From Dehalococcoidia bacterium (GTDB taxonomy: Bacteria > Chloroflexota > Dehalococcoidia > Lucifugimonadales > UBA1127): a stretch of DNA of 64,000 bases. Shown piece after piece: positions 42,269 through 52,070 of the stretch (position 1 is the first letter of the stretch; each line of letters begins with the position of its first letter). The DNA is taken from NCBI GenBank assembly GCA_034422455.1, contig DAOUJQ010000013.1, forward strand, positions 17,632 through 81,631, given 5' to 3'. The translations under genes and the position numbers were made by a program. The notes beneath the pieces were generated by a model. The model was given only the letters and a program-made list of their open reading frames with translations, searched no databases and was not told the DNA's origin.

Positions 42269-43688
42269 TTGCGCCGTCCTCGTCCACTGCCACTATCGCG
42301 CGGAAGCCCTGCCTGCGGGCCTCCTCCTCGTCCGCCTCGCCGTTGAGGGCCACGGCCGCCGCCTCGCCGCCGAGCCGCAGCGACGCCACTGTCTGCAGCG
42401 CGGCGGCCACGGCCTTCGCGTTGCGGGGCGCGACGAGCGTCATCCCCCGGTCCCGCGAGTCCGCCGCCAGCGCACCCGCTTCAGTCAGCGCCTCCACGAC
42501 GGGTTCCAGGCTGTACGCGAAGCCGAGCGCGGGGATGTCCTCCTCGCCGCCGAGCGCCTTGACGAGCCCGTCGTAGCGGCCGCCGCCGGCCAGCTTGACC
42601 GCGCCGCCCCAGACCTCGAAGAGCGGGCCGGTGTAGTAGGCGATGCCGCCCGCCATGCCCAGGTCGACGGACACCTCGACGTCCTTTGCCCCGTGCAGCG
42701 CCAGCGCCGCCAGGCACGCGTCCAGCGTGTCCAGCGCCGTGGCGTCGAGGCCGTAGGACACGGCCAGCGACCGTGCGCTTGCCAGCGTCTCGTCCGGCGC
42801 GCCGTTCAGCCGGGAGATCTCGCTCGTGAAGACCAGCGCGCGCTCGAGCTGCTCCGCGCTGTCCGACGCCTGCAGCTTGCGCGCCAGCCGCTCCAGGATC
42901 TCCGCGGGCGTCCGCGCGCCGAACGTCGCCGTTGCGGAGGCGTCCACCGCCGCCAGGTGCTGCGCCAGCGCCGTCATACCCTGCCGCTCGACCTGTGCAA
43001 GCAGCCCGAGCTCGTTCGCCCGTGACCGCACGGCGTCGAGCTGCTCCGGTCCCTCCCGCAGCTGCCCGATCGAGTCGAGCAGGAAGTGCGTTGCCCGCTC
43101 GGACAGCGAGAACTGCCGCAGCATGCCCAGTACCGCGCCGACATCACCGACGACCAGCCGAAGCGGCCGCAAGCCCAACGACGTCAGCGCGCCGCACGCC
43201 GTCGCCATCACCTCGGCCTCCGCCGCGGCGCCGCCCGCGCCGATGAGCTCCGCGCCCACCTGCGTGAACTGCCGGCCGTGGCCCGCCTCGCCAGCCGTGT
43301 AGCGGAACACGGGCCCGGCGTACTGCCACCGCACCGGCAGCGCCTGCGACTCCCGCTCCTGCACGAAGAGCCGGATCACCTGCGACGTGAACTCCGGCCG
43401 CAGGCTGACGCTGTGCCCGCCCGGCTCCACGAAGCTGTACATCTGCGACGCCAGCTCGCCGCCGGACTTGCGCAGGAAGATGTCGGTCGGCTCCAGCACG
43501 GGCATGTCGACCGTCCGGTAGCCGCACAGCGACAGCGCCGCCTGCAGCTCGCTCTGCACGCGCAGCTTCAGCCGGCTCTCTTCCTCGAAGAGCGCCCGCA
43601 TGCCCGCGAGGGGACTGTTGCCCTGCGCCGCCACGATGCCTCCGTCGCTTACCCGTAGCTGGGTTGCGCCGCCCAAAACGGGCGACAT
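42249..43688 (-). CDS. hisZ: HisZ-like ATP phosphoribosyltransferase regulatory subunit (HisRS paralog)
   Basis: ORF 42249-43796 trimmed to ATG 43688. It has a class-II aaRS-like core (GYRTVDMPVLEPTDIF...LRPEFTSQV...FRYTAGEAGHGRQFTQVGAELIG) but lacks the HisRS motif-2 ErPQ. Confidence 0.7.
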   Translation of the reverse strand: MSPVLGGATQLRVSDGGIVAAQGNSPLAGMRALFEEESRLKLRVQSELQAALSLCGYRTVDMPVLEPTDIFLRKSGGELASQMYSFVEPGGHSVSLRPEFTSQVIRLFVQERESQALPVRWQYAGPVFRYTAGEAGHGRQFTQVGAELIGAGGAAAEAEVMATACGALTSLGLRPLRLVVGDVGAVLGMLRQFSLSERATHFLLDSIGQLREGPEQLDAVRSRANELGLLAQVERQGMTALAQHLAAVDASATATFGARTPAEILERLARKLQASDSAEQLERALVFTSEISRLNGAPDETLASARSLAVSYGLDATALDTLDACLAALALHGAKDVEVSVDLGMAGGIAYYTGPLFEVWGGAVKLAGGGRYDGLVKALGGEEDIPALGFAYSLEPVVEALTEAGALAADSRDRGMTLVAPRNAKAVAAALQTVASLRLGGEAAAVALNGEADEEEARRQGFRAIVAVDEDGASERTWL

Positions 43689-43890
43689 ACGCAATCCATT
43701 GTAGCTTAGGCAGGGCAGACCCTCAAACGGGGCGGGCAGCGGAGAGAGCCGGGAGCTAGTCGTTGCTGATGGTGACGTCGCCGGTCCGGCCGTCATACGT
43801 CATGGTGAAGTCACGGAGGGACGATCTGCCGAGGATGGCCGCGTATGGCAGTCCTGAATCAGACAACCGCGCGCCGAATACACTTGGGAG

Positions 43891-44094
43891 CTATTCTGCT
43901 TCCTCCTGCCGCTCCTTCTCCGGGAAAGTGATTGTAAAGACCCTCTCGCTCTCCCCACGGCCCATGTGAATCACGACCTTCATCACGTCGTCGCCCAGCT
44001 TCTCGCGCAGCTCATGCGCCGCTTGGCTTGCCCGGGCCAACGGGTTCAGCACCGTGTGCTTGTAAATCGTGAAGCTCAGGTTGTCCACGCCCAT
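43891..44094 (-). CDS. Hypothetical small protein
   Basis: ORF track, 67 aa in an AT-richer stretch. I recognise no family. Confidence 0.4.
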   Translation of the reverse strand: MGVDNLSFTIYKHTVLNPLARASQAAHELREKLGDDVMKVVIHMGRGESERVFTITFPEKERQEEAE

Positions 44095-44176
44095 CCCTCC
44101 ATTGGGGTTTGCGAAGTCAATTGCATTAATTCCAATTTAAATACGCTGTCAGGCCAATTTTACCATTCCTTTGCCC

Positions 44177-44986
44177 CTATTTCGAGTCTGTCCCTACCAC
44201 CGTCACCTCGCCGGCGTTCAGCGACACGACGCTCCCGTCGTCGCGCCGCAGCACAAGGTCGCCGTTGCGCTCCACGTCCACCGCGACGCCTTCCACGATG
44301 GCTCCCCCATCGCCGGCCCACGCAACGCGCACTCGCTGCCCCAGCGTGTCCAGCGACGCCTTCCAGCGTTCGTACAGCGCCTCATCGCTCGATTGGTCGA
44401 CGTACAGCGCGTCGAAGGCCCGCAGGAAGGCCCGCAGCACGGGTATTCGGTCCACCGGCCTGCTCAGGGCGGCGGCCAGGCTCGTGGCCTCGGCGGGCGG
44501 TTCCAGCTCCGCGCTCGGGTCGTGGTTCACGTTCAGTCCGACGCCGAGGACGGCATGGCCCTCGTCACCCTCCGCGGACGCCGTGCGCGCCTCGATGAGG
44601 ATGCCCGCCGCCTTGCGGCCGTCCACACGCACGTCGTTGGGCCACTTCACCGTCGCCGTCAGCCCGGTGGACTCGGCGATGGCCTCCACAAGCGACACGC
44701 TCGCGGCCATGTTCAGCAGGTGCAGCCGCTCCGCCGGTGGCCGCAGCACGATGGAGAAGGTCAGGTTCATGCCCGCGGGCGAGACCCATCGCCGTGCAAA
44801 TCTGCCCCGGCCGCTGCCCTGCCGCTCGGCGAGGACGACCGTGCCCTCCGGCGCGCCCCGCTCCGCCAGCCGCCGTGCCGTGTCCATCGTGCTCGCGACG
44901 GCTCGGTAGCATCGCACGCGGCGGCCCATCACGGACGTGGCGAGGTCTCGCTTGATTGCTCGGGCGGAGAGTGTGTCAGCGGTCAT
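44177..44986 (-). CDS. birA: Biotin--[acetyl-CoA-carboxylase] ligase
   Basis: ORF track, 269 aa. GRGRFARRWVSPAGMNLTFS is the BirA biotin-binding loop. Confidence 0.85.
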   Translation of the reverse strand: MTADTLSARAIKRDLATSVMGRRVRCYRAVASTMDTARRLAERGAPEGTVVLAERQGSGRGRFARRWVSPAGMNLTFSIVLRPPAERLHLLNMAASVSLVEAIAESTGLTATVKWPNDVRVDGRKAAGILIEARTASAEGDEGHAVLGVGLNVNHDPSAELEPPAEATSLAAALSRPVDRIPVLRAFLRAFDALYVDQSSDEALYERWKASLDTLGQRVRVAWAGDGGAIVEGVAVDVERNGDLVLRRDDGSVVSLNAGEVTVVGTDSK

Positions 44987-45008
44987 TGCGCTGTTCTCAG
45001 GCGAAAGG

Positions 45009-45400
45009 GGCCGGTGGGCCTGTAAGCCGAGTTCTGTCCCCGGCCGCCATCAGTTTACGCCCCGTCGCCGGGACTTCCTCCTCATGCGCAGCCGGGTGGC
45101 GGCCATCCCTCTAGCCCTGCCGTTGCCGGCAGGGTCGTGCGGCCAACCCGGGGGCGAGCCGGGCGCTCATGGCCCCCCTATTTGGCCTTGCTCCGGGTGG
45201 GGCTTGCCCGCCGCCGTGTCACCACGGTCGGCCGGGAGCTCTTGCCTCCCGATTTCACCCTTACTCCGGCGGACCGGAGCGGTATGTTTCTGTGGCGCTT
45301 TCCGTCGGGTTGCCCCGCCTGGGCGTTACCCAGCACCCTGCCCGGAGGAGCTCGGACTTTCCTCTCCGACGAATCGGAGCGGCCACCCGGCCCACCGGCC
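45009..45400 (-). ncRNA. rnpB: RNase P RNA (bacterial type A)
   Basis: The minus strand contains GAGAGGAAAGTCCGAGCTCC (P4 5' half), GGAGTAAGGGTGAAA and ACAGAACTCGGCTTA (P4 3' half). P1 forms between GGCCGGTGGGCC (5' end, complement of 45389-45400) and GGCCCACCGGCC (3' end, complement of 45009-45020). Confidence 0.88.
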
Positions 45401-45440
45401 CCGCCTTTATTCTAGCAGGGACGGACTGCGCACGCCGGGA

Positions 45441-45884
45441 TCACCCGAACAGCTCAATGCTCGCGGCGAGGAAAGCGGCCTGCACCGCAACGCCGCCAGC
45501 CACCGCGACCGCCCCCGTGGCCAGCGGCAGCCGCTGCTTGCTCTGCACCGCCTTCTGCACGCCGTGCGCCGAGCAGCCCGCGATGAGGATGGTGAGAAAG
45601 ACCTCGAAGTTGGTGTAGCTCCCGGACGCGATGTCCGACAGCCCCAGCAGGTACGCCCATATCACTGCCATGACCGCGAACCACACGCCGAGAACACCGA
45701 CGGCCGCCCACGTGGCCGCGGCACGCCATCGCGGGATGAGTGCGAAGGCGAGGACCAGCGGAAGCGCCTGCACGAGGTGGCGCGGCAGGGTGTCGCTGAC
45801 GATCCCCACAACGATGAGCGCTGCGGCCACGACGAAGAGGCAGACGGCCACCTGCCTGGACTCCCACGAAATCTCAGGGTTCAC
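45441..45884 (-). CDS. Hypothetical integral membrane protein
   Basis: ORF track, 147 aa with four or five hydrophobic segments. I recognise no family. Confidence 0.55.
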   Translation of the reverse strand: MNPEISWESRQVAVCLFVVAAALIVVGIVSDTLPRHLVQALPLVLAFALIPRWRAAATWAAVGVLGVWFAVMAVIWAYLLGLSDIASGSYTNFEVFLTILIAGCSAHGVQKAVQSKQRLPLATGAVAVAGGVAVQAAFLAASIELFG

Positions 45885-46006
45885 TGCTGACCTCGTACTC
45901 AGGCTGGGTGCGTGGGCTCATAGCCGGCTGGTCGCTGGAAACCGGCTGATTGGGGAGAGATAACCGGCGAAGGCCAAGCGCTCGTGCTGGGAGCGGCGCA
46001 GGACCG

Positions 46007-46705
46007 CTACCCGTGGTACAGGTACCGCCCGCAGCTGCCGCACCGCACGGGCTGGTGGGACGTCCGCACCAGCTGCTGCTCGTGCGATGGCACGGACATG
46101 CCGCAGCCGCCGCACATGCCGCGCGCGATCTTGACGATGGCCTGGCCCCGGCTCGACTCCAGGTTGCGGAAGGCCTTCACCTCCACCGCCGTCAGCGCCG
46201 CCTCCGCCTGGTCCCGGGCCTGGGCCACCTCCGTTGCCTGCTCCTGCAGCCGCTGCTGGCGCTCCTTCAGCGAGGGCATCTCCTGCTGCCAGCGCGCCTG
46301 CGCCTCCTCGTGCTCTGCGCTCAGGTCCGCGGACTTGGCCTCGGCGGCCTCCACCTGCTCCATCTTGGTCAGGAGCCGCTCCTCGAGGCCCCCCTGTTTC
46401 TCCCGGAGGAAGCCGATCTCCTTTTGAAGGGCAAACAGGTCCTTGGAGGCTGTGGTGGCGCCGCTGTAGAGCCGCTGCTCCAGGCCCTTGATGCGGGAGG
46501 CCGTGTCCTGCACGTCGTCGTCCAGTTTGGTCTGCTCGCCCCTGAGCACGGTCAGCGCCCGCTCCGCCCGCGCGGACAGCGCCTCCGTGCGGTCGACCGC
46601 TTCGTCGCGTGCGATGCGGGCGGCAACGTCTTCCAGGTCACCCCTGCACTTCCTGAGGGCCAGTTCCAGTTCCTGGAGCCTGTACAGGTCCTCGATCGTC
46701 GCCAT
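46007..46705 (-). CDS. C4-type zinc-ribbon / coiled-coil protein (COG1579-like)
   Basis: ORF 46007-46861 trimmed to ATG 46705 (MATIEDLYRLQELE...). It has a long coiled coil and C-terminal CGGCGM...CGSCGRYL. Confidence 0.75.
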   Translation of the reverse strand: MATIEDLYRLQELELALRKCRGDLEDVAARIARDEAVDRTEALSARAERALTVLRGEQTKLDDDVQDTASRIKGLEQRLYSGATTASKDLFALQKEIGFLREKQGGLEERLLTKMEQVEAAEAKSADLSAEHEEAQARWQQEMPSLKERQQRLQEQATEVAQARDQAEAALTAVEVKAFRNLESSRGQAIVKIARGMCGGCGMSVPSHEQQLVRTSHQPVRCGSCGRYLYHG

Positions 46706-47154
46706 ATGCGTCACACTCGAAGGTCCGGGCTTCTGGAGAGTGGGCAACATTCTAGGAAGCCCCCATAGCAGTGTCAACGAGCGGGACTTCCCCTCAAACG
46801 GCCGCTCATCCCTTTGCCGCGACGGGCGGTCGGGACCAATTTTCTTCCCGGCGATACCCAAGTGCGCCCTTCATTCGTTTGCACAGCTATGCGGGCCCCT
46901 GCGTGACCTGCCCCGCCGCCGCCGTGCCGATTGCTCCTCAGGGGAGGGAACCCGCGCTGGACACTTGCGTTTTCTTTTGGGCAATGGGTTGGTACCATGG
47001 GAGCAATAGAGCAGTGACGTTGAGTCAGGATGAGTAGAGCTGCGTGCGGCATGGCAATCTTTTGGAAGCCGTACACCAGGGGCGGTCTTTCACCCGCTCG
47101 CTGTGACACTGCCTTCCGCCCACCCTGCGCTTTATGCGAAGAAGGGATGACGTT

Positions 47155-48540
47155 ATGACAAGAGTTCTAACGGCGGTGTTGCTTCTCCTATTGCTTTCGG
47201 CGTCGCTGCTGGCGTGTTCCGACGAAGCATCCGAGAGCGAGGCAGCTCCCGCGCCAACCCCAATTCCGTCAATGGCGGCAGTCGAGCCCGCTCAGCCGGC
47301 GCCCGCGCCTACCGCGGCCCCGGCTCCCACGGCAAGGCCTGCCCCCGAACCAACGGCCCGGCCGACACAGGCGCCCGCTCCCCCACCTCCGCCGACCCCA
47401 ATGCCCGCGCCGACGCCCTCGCTCTCGCAAATCCTCAGCCACGCGAGCCAGGCCATCGTGCAGGTCACCTCTTCCGGCGGGACCGGCTCCGGGACCATCT
47501 TCGACCCGCTTGGCTACGTCGTGACGGCGGAGCACGTAGTCGGCTCCGATGCTTCCGTGATGGTGCTCCACCACAACGGCGACGAGGAGCGCGCGCTGGT
47601 GGTGGGCCGCGACGAGGTCCGGGACCTGGCCGTGCTGAAGATCAGCGGCAGCGCTGACCTCAAGTGGCTGCCCCTGGGGAACCTGGAGGACGTCGAGGAA
47701 GGCGACCCCGTAGTCACCCTGGGGTACACGCCCTTCAACGAGGCCACCACCAGCACCGACGGCATCGTGTCGAAGATCCTCCAGTATGAGGAGGACCAGT
47801 TCACCTACCTGCAGACCGACGCCACGTTCCACCAGGGCCAGAGTGGCGGCCCCGTGATGACCCGCGACGGCATGGTCGTGGGCCTCGTCAGCCGCGCTCC
47901 CGCGACGACCAGCCCGCTCGTGACCCTCGGCTGGGCCATCGCGATGGACAAGCAGGCCCGGGACCTGATTGGGCGACTCCAGCAGGGAGAGGTGAACCTG
48001 GTCCCCATCCCGCCCGGACCGGGCCACTCCCACCGGAACCCGGCGCCGCTCGGCTACTCCGTGCGCGTGCTCAGCCGGTACTTCGACGGCAGCCCCCTCG
48101 CGCACGACATCACCGTGCTGCAGGTCCTCCGCGGCGAGCCGGCGTGGCGGATCATCCGGCAGGCGTACAGGTTCAACCTCCCGCCCACGCCGGGCTCGGA
48201 GTACATGCTCGCCTGGATCCGCATCGACTACGCCTCCGGGCCGGAAGGGCACACGGACTGGGTCAACCAGCTTGACTTCGGCCTGCTCTCAAGCCAGGGG
48301 CATGACTACATCATTCCCTTCGGTGTCCGCCCGCCGCAGCCCTTCCTGAGCGCCCGGCTTTACCCCGGCGCCCGCATCGAGGCGTGGACCATCTGGCAGG
48401 TGAGCGTCGACGATCCTGCGCCAATGCTGGTCTTTGGGCTGGACTCCTTCTACAGGGCCGGCAAGGGCTACTTCATGACAGGCGAGCAACCGGCGGACGA
48501 TGCGGCGGCAAGCTCTGACCGGAATGAGGTTTCCAGTTGA
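47155..48540 (+). CDS. Secreted trypsin-like (S1C) serine protease lipoprotein with an uncharacterised C-terminal domain
   Basis: ORF 47134-48540. The start is ATG 47155 and the lipobox is LLAC. The triad context is TAEHVV, RDLAVLKI and GQSGGPV. A P/A/T-rich linker follows the signal peptide. Confidence 0.8.
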   Translation: MTRVLTAVLLLLLLSASLLACSDEASESEAAPAPTPIPSMAAVEPAQPAPAPTAAPAPTARPAPEPTARPTQAPAPPPPPTPMPAPTPSLSQILSHASQAIVQVTSSGGTGSGTIFDPLGYVVTAEHVVGSDASVMVLHHNGDEERALVVGRDEVRDLAVLKISGSADLKWLPLGNLEDVEEGDPVVTLGYTPFNEATTSTDGIVSKILQYEEDQFTYLQTDATFHQGQSGGPVMTRDGMVVGLVSRAPATTSPLVTLGWAIAMDKQARDLIGRLQQGEVNLVPIPPGPGHSHRNPAPLGYSVRVLSRYFDGSPLAHDITVLQVLRGEPAWRIIRQAYRFNLPPTPGSEYMLAWIRIDYASGPEGHTDWVNQLDFGLLSSQGHDYIIPFGVRPPQPFLSARLYPGARIEAWTIWQVSVDDPAPMLVFGLDSFYRAGKGYFMTGEQPADDAAASSDRNEVSS

Positions 48541-48660
48541 TCCGGCGCACCGGCAACGTGACCGCAGTGCGCCATGACCGCGACAGTCTCATGTCCATAG
48601 CACGGGGGGCCGCGGGCTCCCCGTGGTCGGCGATGCCGGACCGGCTGTAAGGAGAAGCAG

Positions 48661-49425
48661 ATGTTCAAGTCGAATTCAATGGGAATGTTCAGCCTCGTAT
48701 TCCTGCTGCCGGCGATTACGCTGGCGGTCGGCATAGGCGTCGGATACCTGCTGTTCCAGACCGGGACGGCTGAAGCAGCCTCCAATCTGGACGCCAGCCG
48801 TGACCGCGTCGTCAGGCTTGAGGCCTCCATTGGCGACAAGGACGCCCGATACCGGGAACTTCTGGCCGAGGTGGCCGGCTACAAGAGGGAAATCGCCGGC
48901 GTGACGGCCACCAACGAAACCCTCCGCGAAGAGCTCGACCGCAAGGGGACCGACATCGAGTCGGCTGAAGAGACCGGCAAGGACCTGCAGCAACAGCTGA
49001 ACGAGGCGCAGGGACGCATTCGCGCGCTGGAAGCCCAGATCGGCGCCGAGGCCGACCTGACGGCACGGCTCGATCAGATCCGGGAGGTGATTTCGCCCCT
49101 GGAGCAGGACAGGCTGCTGCTCGTTGAGCTCCGCAAGGACACGCCGGACGTCCTCGAAGAAGCGCAGGATTACTGGGAGACCATCAAGGAACTGGCGATC
49201 GCCGCAGACCCGACGCTGGGCGCCAAGGTCGACCGCGTCATCCGTTTCCTCCCCACCTACTTCGAGTGGTTTGATGGGGAGTATTCGAGCAACTGTGAGG
49301 CCTTGCAGGCATTCTTCGACACGGGCGCCGTCGAGTTCGGCAGGCTCTCGGGCGACCTGCAGAGCGACATCTTCCTGCTGCTCATCAACAGAATTGACGC
49401 CGCGGCGGGCGAGCTGGAAGGCTAG
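48661..49425 (+). CDS. Membrane-anchored coiled-coil protein, hypothetical
   Basis: ORF track, 254 aa. It has an N-terminal TM helix followed by heptad-like charged repeats. RBS is AAGGAGAAG. Confidence 0.6.
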   Translation: MFKSNSMGMFSLVFLLPAITLAVGIGVGYLLFQTGTAEAASNLDASRDRVVRLEASIGDKDARYRELLAEVAGYKREIAGVTATNETLREELDRKGTDIESAEETGKDLQQQLNEAQGRIRALEAQIGAEADLTARLDQIREVISPLEQDRLLLVELRKDTPDVLEEAQDYWETIKELAIAADPTLGAKVDRVIRFLPTYFEWFDGEYSSNCEALQAFFDTGAVEFGRLSGDLQSDIFLLLINRIDAAAGELEG

Positions 49426-49488
49426 CGCCCGGCCGCGCCTGGACACGCAGGCCGGCCCATCACACGGAGTTTGAAAGGGGAGCATGGC

Positions 49489-51981
49489 ATGAAGCGGAGC
49501 ATCTCGCTGGGGCTAGGGATGATGGCGGTCGTCCTGCTGCTGACGGCGGCGCCCGACGCCGCGCTGGCGCAGGCGCCGGAAGACGACGCGGCCGGCGGCG
49601 ATGTGCCGGAGGCCGTCACCCCGTTCATCCACTCCGTCCAGAACAACGTCAACCCGGCTCCCTTCACGTACCTTACGCCCTTCACGGAACTGCTCTCCAG
49701 CACCATCGGCATCATGGCGCGCGGCCTTGATCCGCGCGGGACGGTCCCCCTCGCCTATCAGGGCAGGAGCAACAACGCTCCGCCTCCCGGCCTTGCGTGG
49801 GAAGCCCTGCCAGAGGTCTACGTCGCGCCCAACATGCCGCCCAACGCGCCCGCCACCCAGGGCGCCGGCCTCGTGCCCTTCCGCGACCCGGCCCCCGCCT
49901 TCAGCCGCAACATCCTCATTCCGCGGGACTTCTCCAGCTCGCCGATCCAGACGGAGCCCCACATCGCGGTGAACCCGAACGACCCTGACCACCTGGTCAT
50001 GGGCTCCGTCGACTACAACTTCCCCAACGTCAGCATCTACGTCTCCATCGACGGCGGCGTGACGTGGGAAGGCCCCTCGCAGCCGCCGTACCTTGCCGAC
50101 GACCTCGGCGCGGGCGGCGACCCCGTCGTCGCCTTTGACCGCGACGGCAACGTCTACGTCATCTTCATCTCCATCGGCGTGGAGGAGTTTACCGTGGGGC
50201 AGGCGGCCGACCAGGCGACCGTCTCCAGCATCGGCATCACCAAGTCCGAGGATGGGGGGCGCACCTGGAGCGAGCCGATATCCGCGACCCGCAGCAAGAT
50301 CGGCAGGGACCTCAGTCCGGGCGAGCGGGGACGCTTGGAGGGGACCGTCTCCCTCGGCTTCCTGGACAAGCCGTGGATGACCATCGGCCCCAGCGCGGAC
50401 GACCTGAGCAAGGACGCCATCTACATCACCTACACGGAGTTTGAGTCCGTCTATCCCATCGTCTTCCCCTTTGCCGGCAACTTCCCCTTCTTCGGCATCC
50501 CCGTGCTGGAGACCTCCATCAAGGTGGTCAGCTCGGTGGACGGCGGAAGGAGTTGGAGCGACCCTCAGCTCGTGAGCCCCGTTGTCCGGCGGATATTCGC
50601 CCGGGGCAGCGGCTCGGAGGAGGGGACGTCGGAGGAGACGCAGGAGCTCCAGGACTCGACCACCGACGCCGAGGGCACGCAGCGGGTGCTGCAGGGTTCC
50701 CAGCCCCAGGTTGCCACTGACGGCACGCTCTACGTGACCTGGCTCGACTCCACCGACGACGACTCCATGGAGGGCCTCGCCGAGAACTACGTCGCCCGCT
50801 CGGAAGACGGCGGCGAGACGTTCGGCAAACCCGTGCGCACCGGCGTCTTCAACGAGCCCGGCTTCCGGCCCCGCAACGGCTTCTTCCGCTACTGGGGCTC
50901 CGCCTTCCCGCAGATAGCCACCGGCCCCGGCGACGAGGTCTACATCGTCTACACCGCCAGGCCGCCCGACTCCACGGTCGATGACGGCGACATCTACTTC
51001 ACCCGCTCCAAGGACCGCGGAGAGACGTGGACGCGCCCCAGGGCCCTGAACGGCGACGAGACCCATAACCTGCAGTTCTTCCCCAGCATCGCCGCCTCGC
51101 CCAACGGCGACCTGCACGTCATGTGGGGCGACTTCCGCGACGACCGCTCCCAGACGCGCTACCACATCTACTACACCACTTCGACCGACGAGGGCGACAC
51201 CTGGGGCTTCCGCGACGAGGAGCTGGACATCGACACGCCCGACACCCGCGTGACCGACTTCCACTCCAACGCCAACAGAGGCTTCCCCGGCGGCGTCTTC
51301 ATCGGCGACTACTTCTCCATCGCCGCCTCCGATGAGGACGTGTACCTGACCTGGGCGGACACCCGGCTCGGCGAGTTCGGCCCCATCAACCAGAAGATCG
51401 GCTTCACCCGGCGCTCGCAGATCCAGTCGCCGGAGGTCTTCCTGAACCCGCCCGCCGGTCCCGGCGGCCAGCCGGTCACCCTGCAGGGGTTCAACTTCCA
51501 GCCGGACATCAACGTGCTCATCCGCGTGGGCGGCGTCTCCGTCGCGACGGAGCGCACCAACGAGCTTGGCCGGTTTACCAGCCAGGTGTTCATACCGATC
51601 TCCGGCGAGGGGGCCCACGCGATCGACGTCTTTGACGATTCGGGCAACTTCGCAACGTCCTCCTTCTACATGGAGTTCGGCTTCGACAACATCCAGGACA
51701 CCCAGGAAGAGCTTGTGGACAAGGTGGGGGCGTTGGAAAGCCAGCTGGCAGGGCTGGCGGGCCTTGCGGACACCCTGACCGCGCCGCCTCCCGCGCCGGC
51801 CCCGGAGGAGAGGGAAGAGCCCGCGATGGAGATCGTCGTCCCCGAGATTCCGGCTCCTATCGTGGAGATCACGCAGGCGCCGTGGTGGCTGCTGGCGCTG
51901 GCCATTGCCGTCACCGCTGCTGTCGTTGGCGGCCTCGCGTACCTGGCGGGCAAGCGGCCCCAGGCGCCAACCGGCGCATAA
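49489..51981 (+). CDS. Secreted BNR/Asp-box repeat (sialidase-fold-like) protein with IPT-like domain and C-terminal TM anchor
   Basis: ORF 49471-51981. The start is ATG 49489, which follows AAAGGGGAG. At least six SxDxGxTW boxes are present (SIDGGVTWEG, SEDGGRTWSE, SVDGGRSWSD, SEDGGETFGK, SKDRGETWTR, STDEGDTWGF). Confidence 0.8.
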   Translation: MKRSISLGLGMMAVVLLLTAAPDAALAQAPEDDAAGGDVPEAVTPFIHSVQNNVNPAPFTYLTPFTELLSSTIGIMARGLDPRGTVPLAYQGRSNNAPPPGLAWEALPEVYVAPNMPPNAPATQGAGLVPFRDPAPAFSRNILIPRDFSSSPIQTEPHIAVNPNDPDHLVMGSVDYNFPNVSIYVSIDGGVTWEGPSQPPYLADDLGAGGDPVVAFDRDGNVYVIFISIGVEEFTVGQAADQATVSSIGITKSEDGGRTWSEPISATRSKIGRDLSPGERGRLEGTVSLGFLDKPWMTIGPSADDLSKDAIYITYTEFESVYPIVFPFAGNFPFFGIPVLETSIKVVSSVDGGRSWSDPQLVSPVVRRIFARGSGSEEGTSEETQELQDSTTDAEGTQRVLQGSQPQVATDGTLYVTWLDSTDDDSMEGLAENYVARSEDGGETFGKPVRTGVFNEPGFRPRNGFFRYWGSAFPQIATGPGDEVYIVYTARPPDSTVDDGDIYFTRSKDRGETWTRPRALNGDETHNLQFFPSIAASPNGDLHVMWGDFRDDRSQTRYHIYYTTSTDEGDTWGFRDEELDIDTPDTRVTDFHSNANRGFPGGVFIGDYFSIAASDEDVYLTWADTRLGEFGPINQKIGFTRRSQIQSPEVFLNPPAGPGGQPVTLQGFNFQPDINVLIRVGGVSVATERTNELGRFTSQVFIPISGEGAHAIDVFDDSGNFATSSFYMEFGFDNIQDTQEELVDKVGALESQLAGLAGLADTLTAPPPAPAPEEREEPAMEIVVPEIPAPIVEITQAPWWLLALAIAVTAAVVGGLAYLAGKRPQAPTGA

Positions 51982-52070
51982 ACGCATGACAGGCTGAGTA
52001 TCATGGAGGCCCGACCGGCAGGACGCCGGGTCTCCGGGGAAATGCCGAGAGCGGAAGAGGAGGAGGGCAC

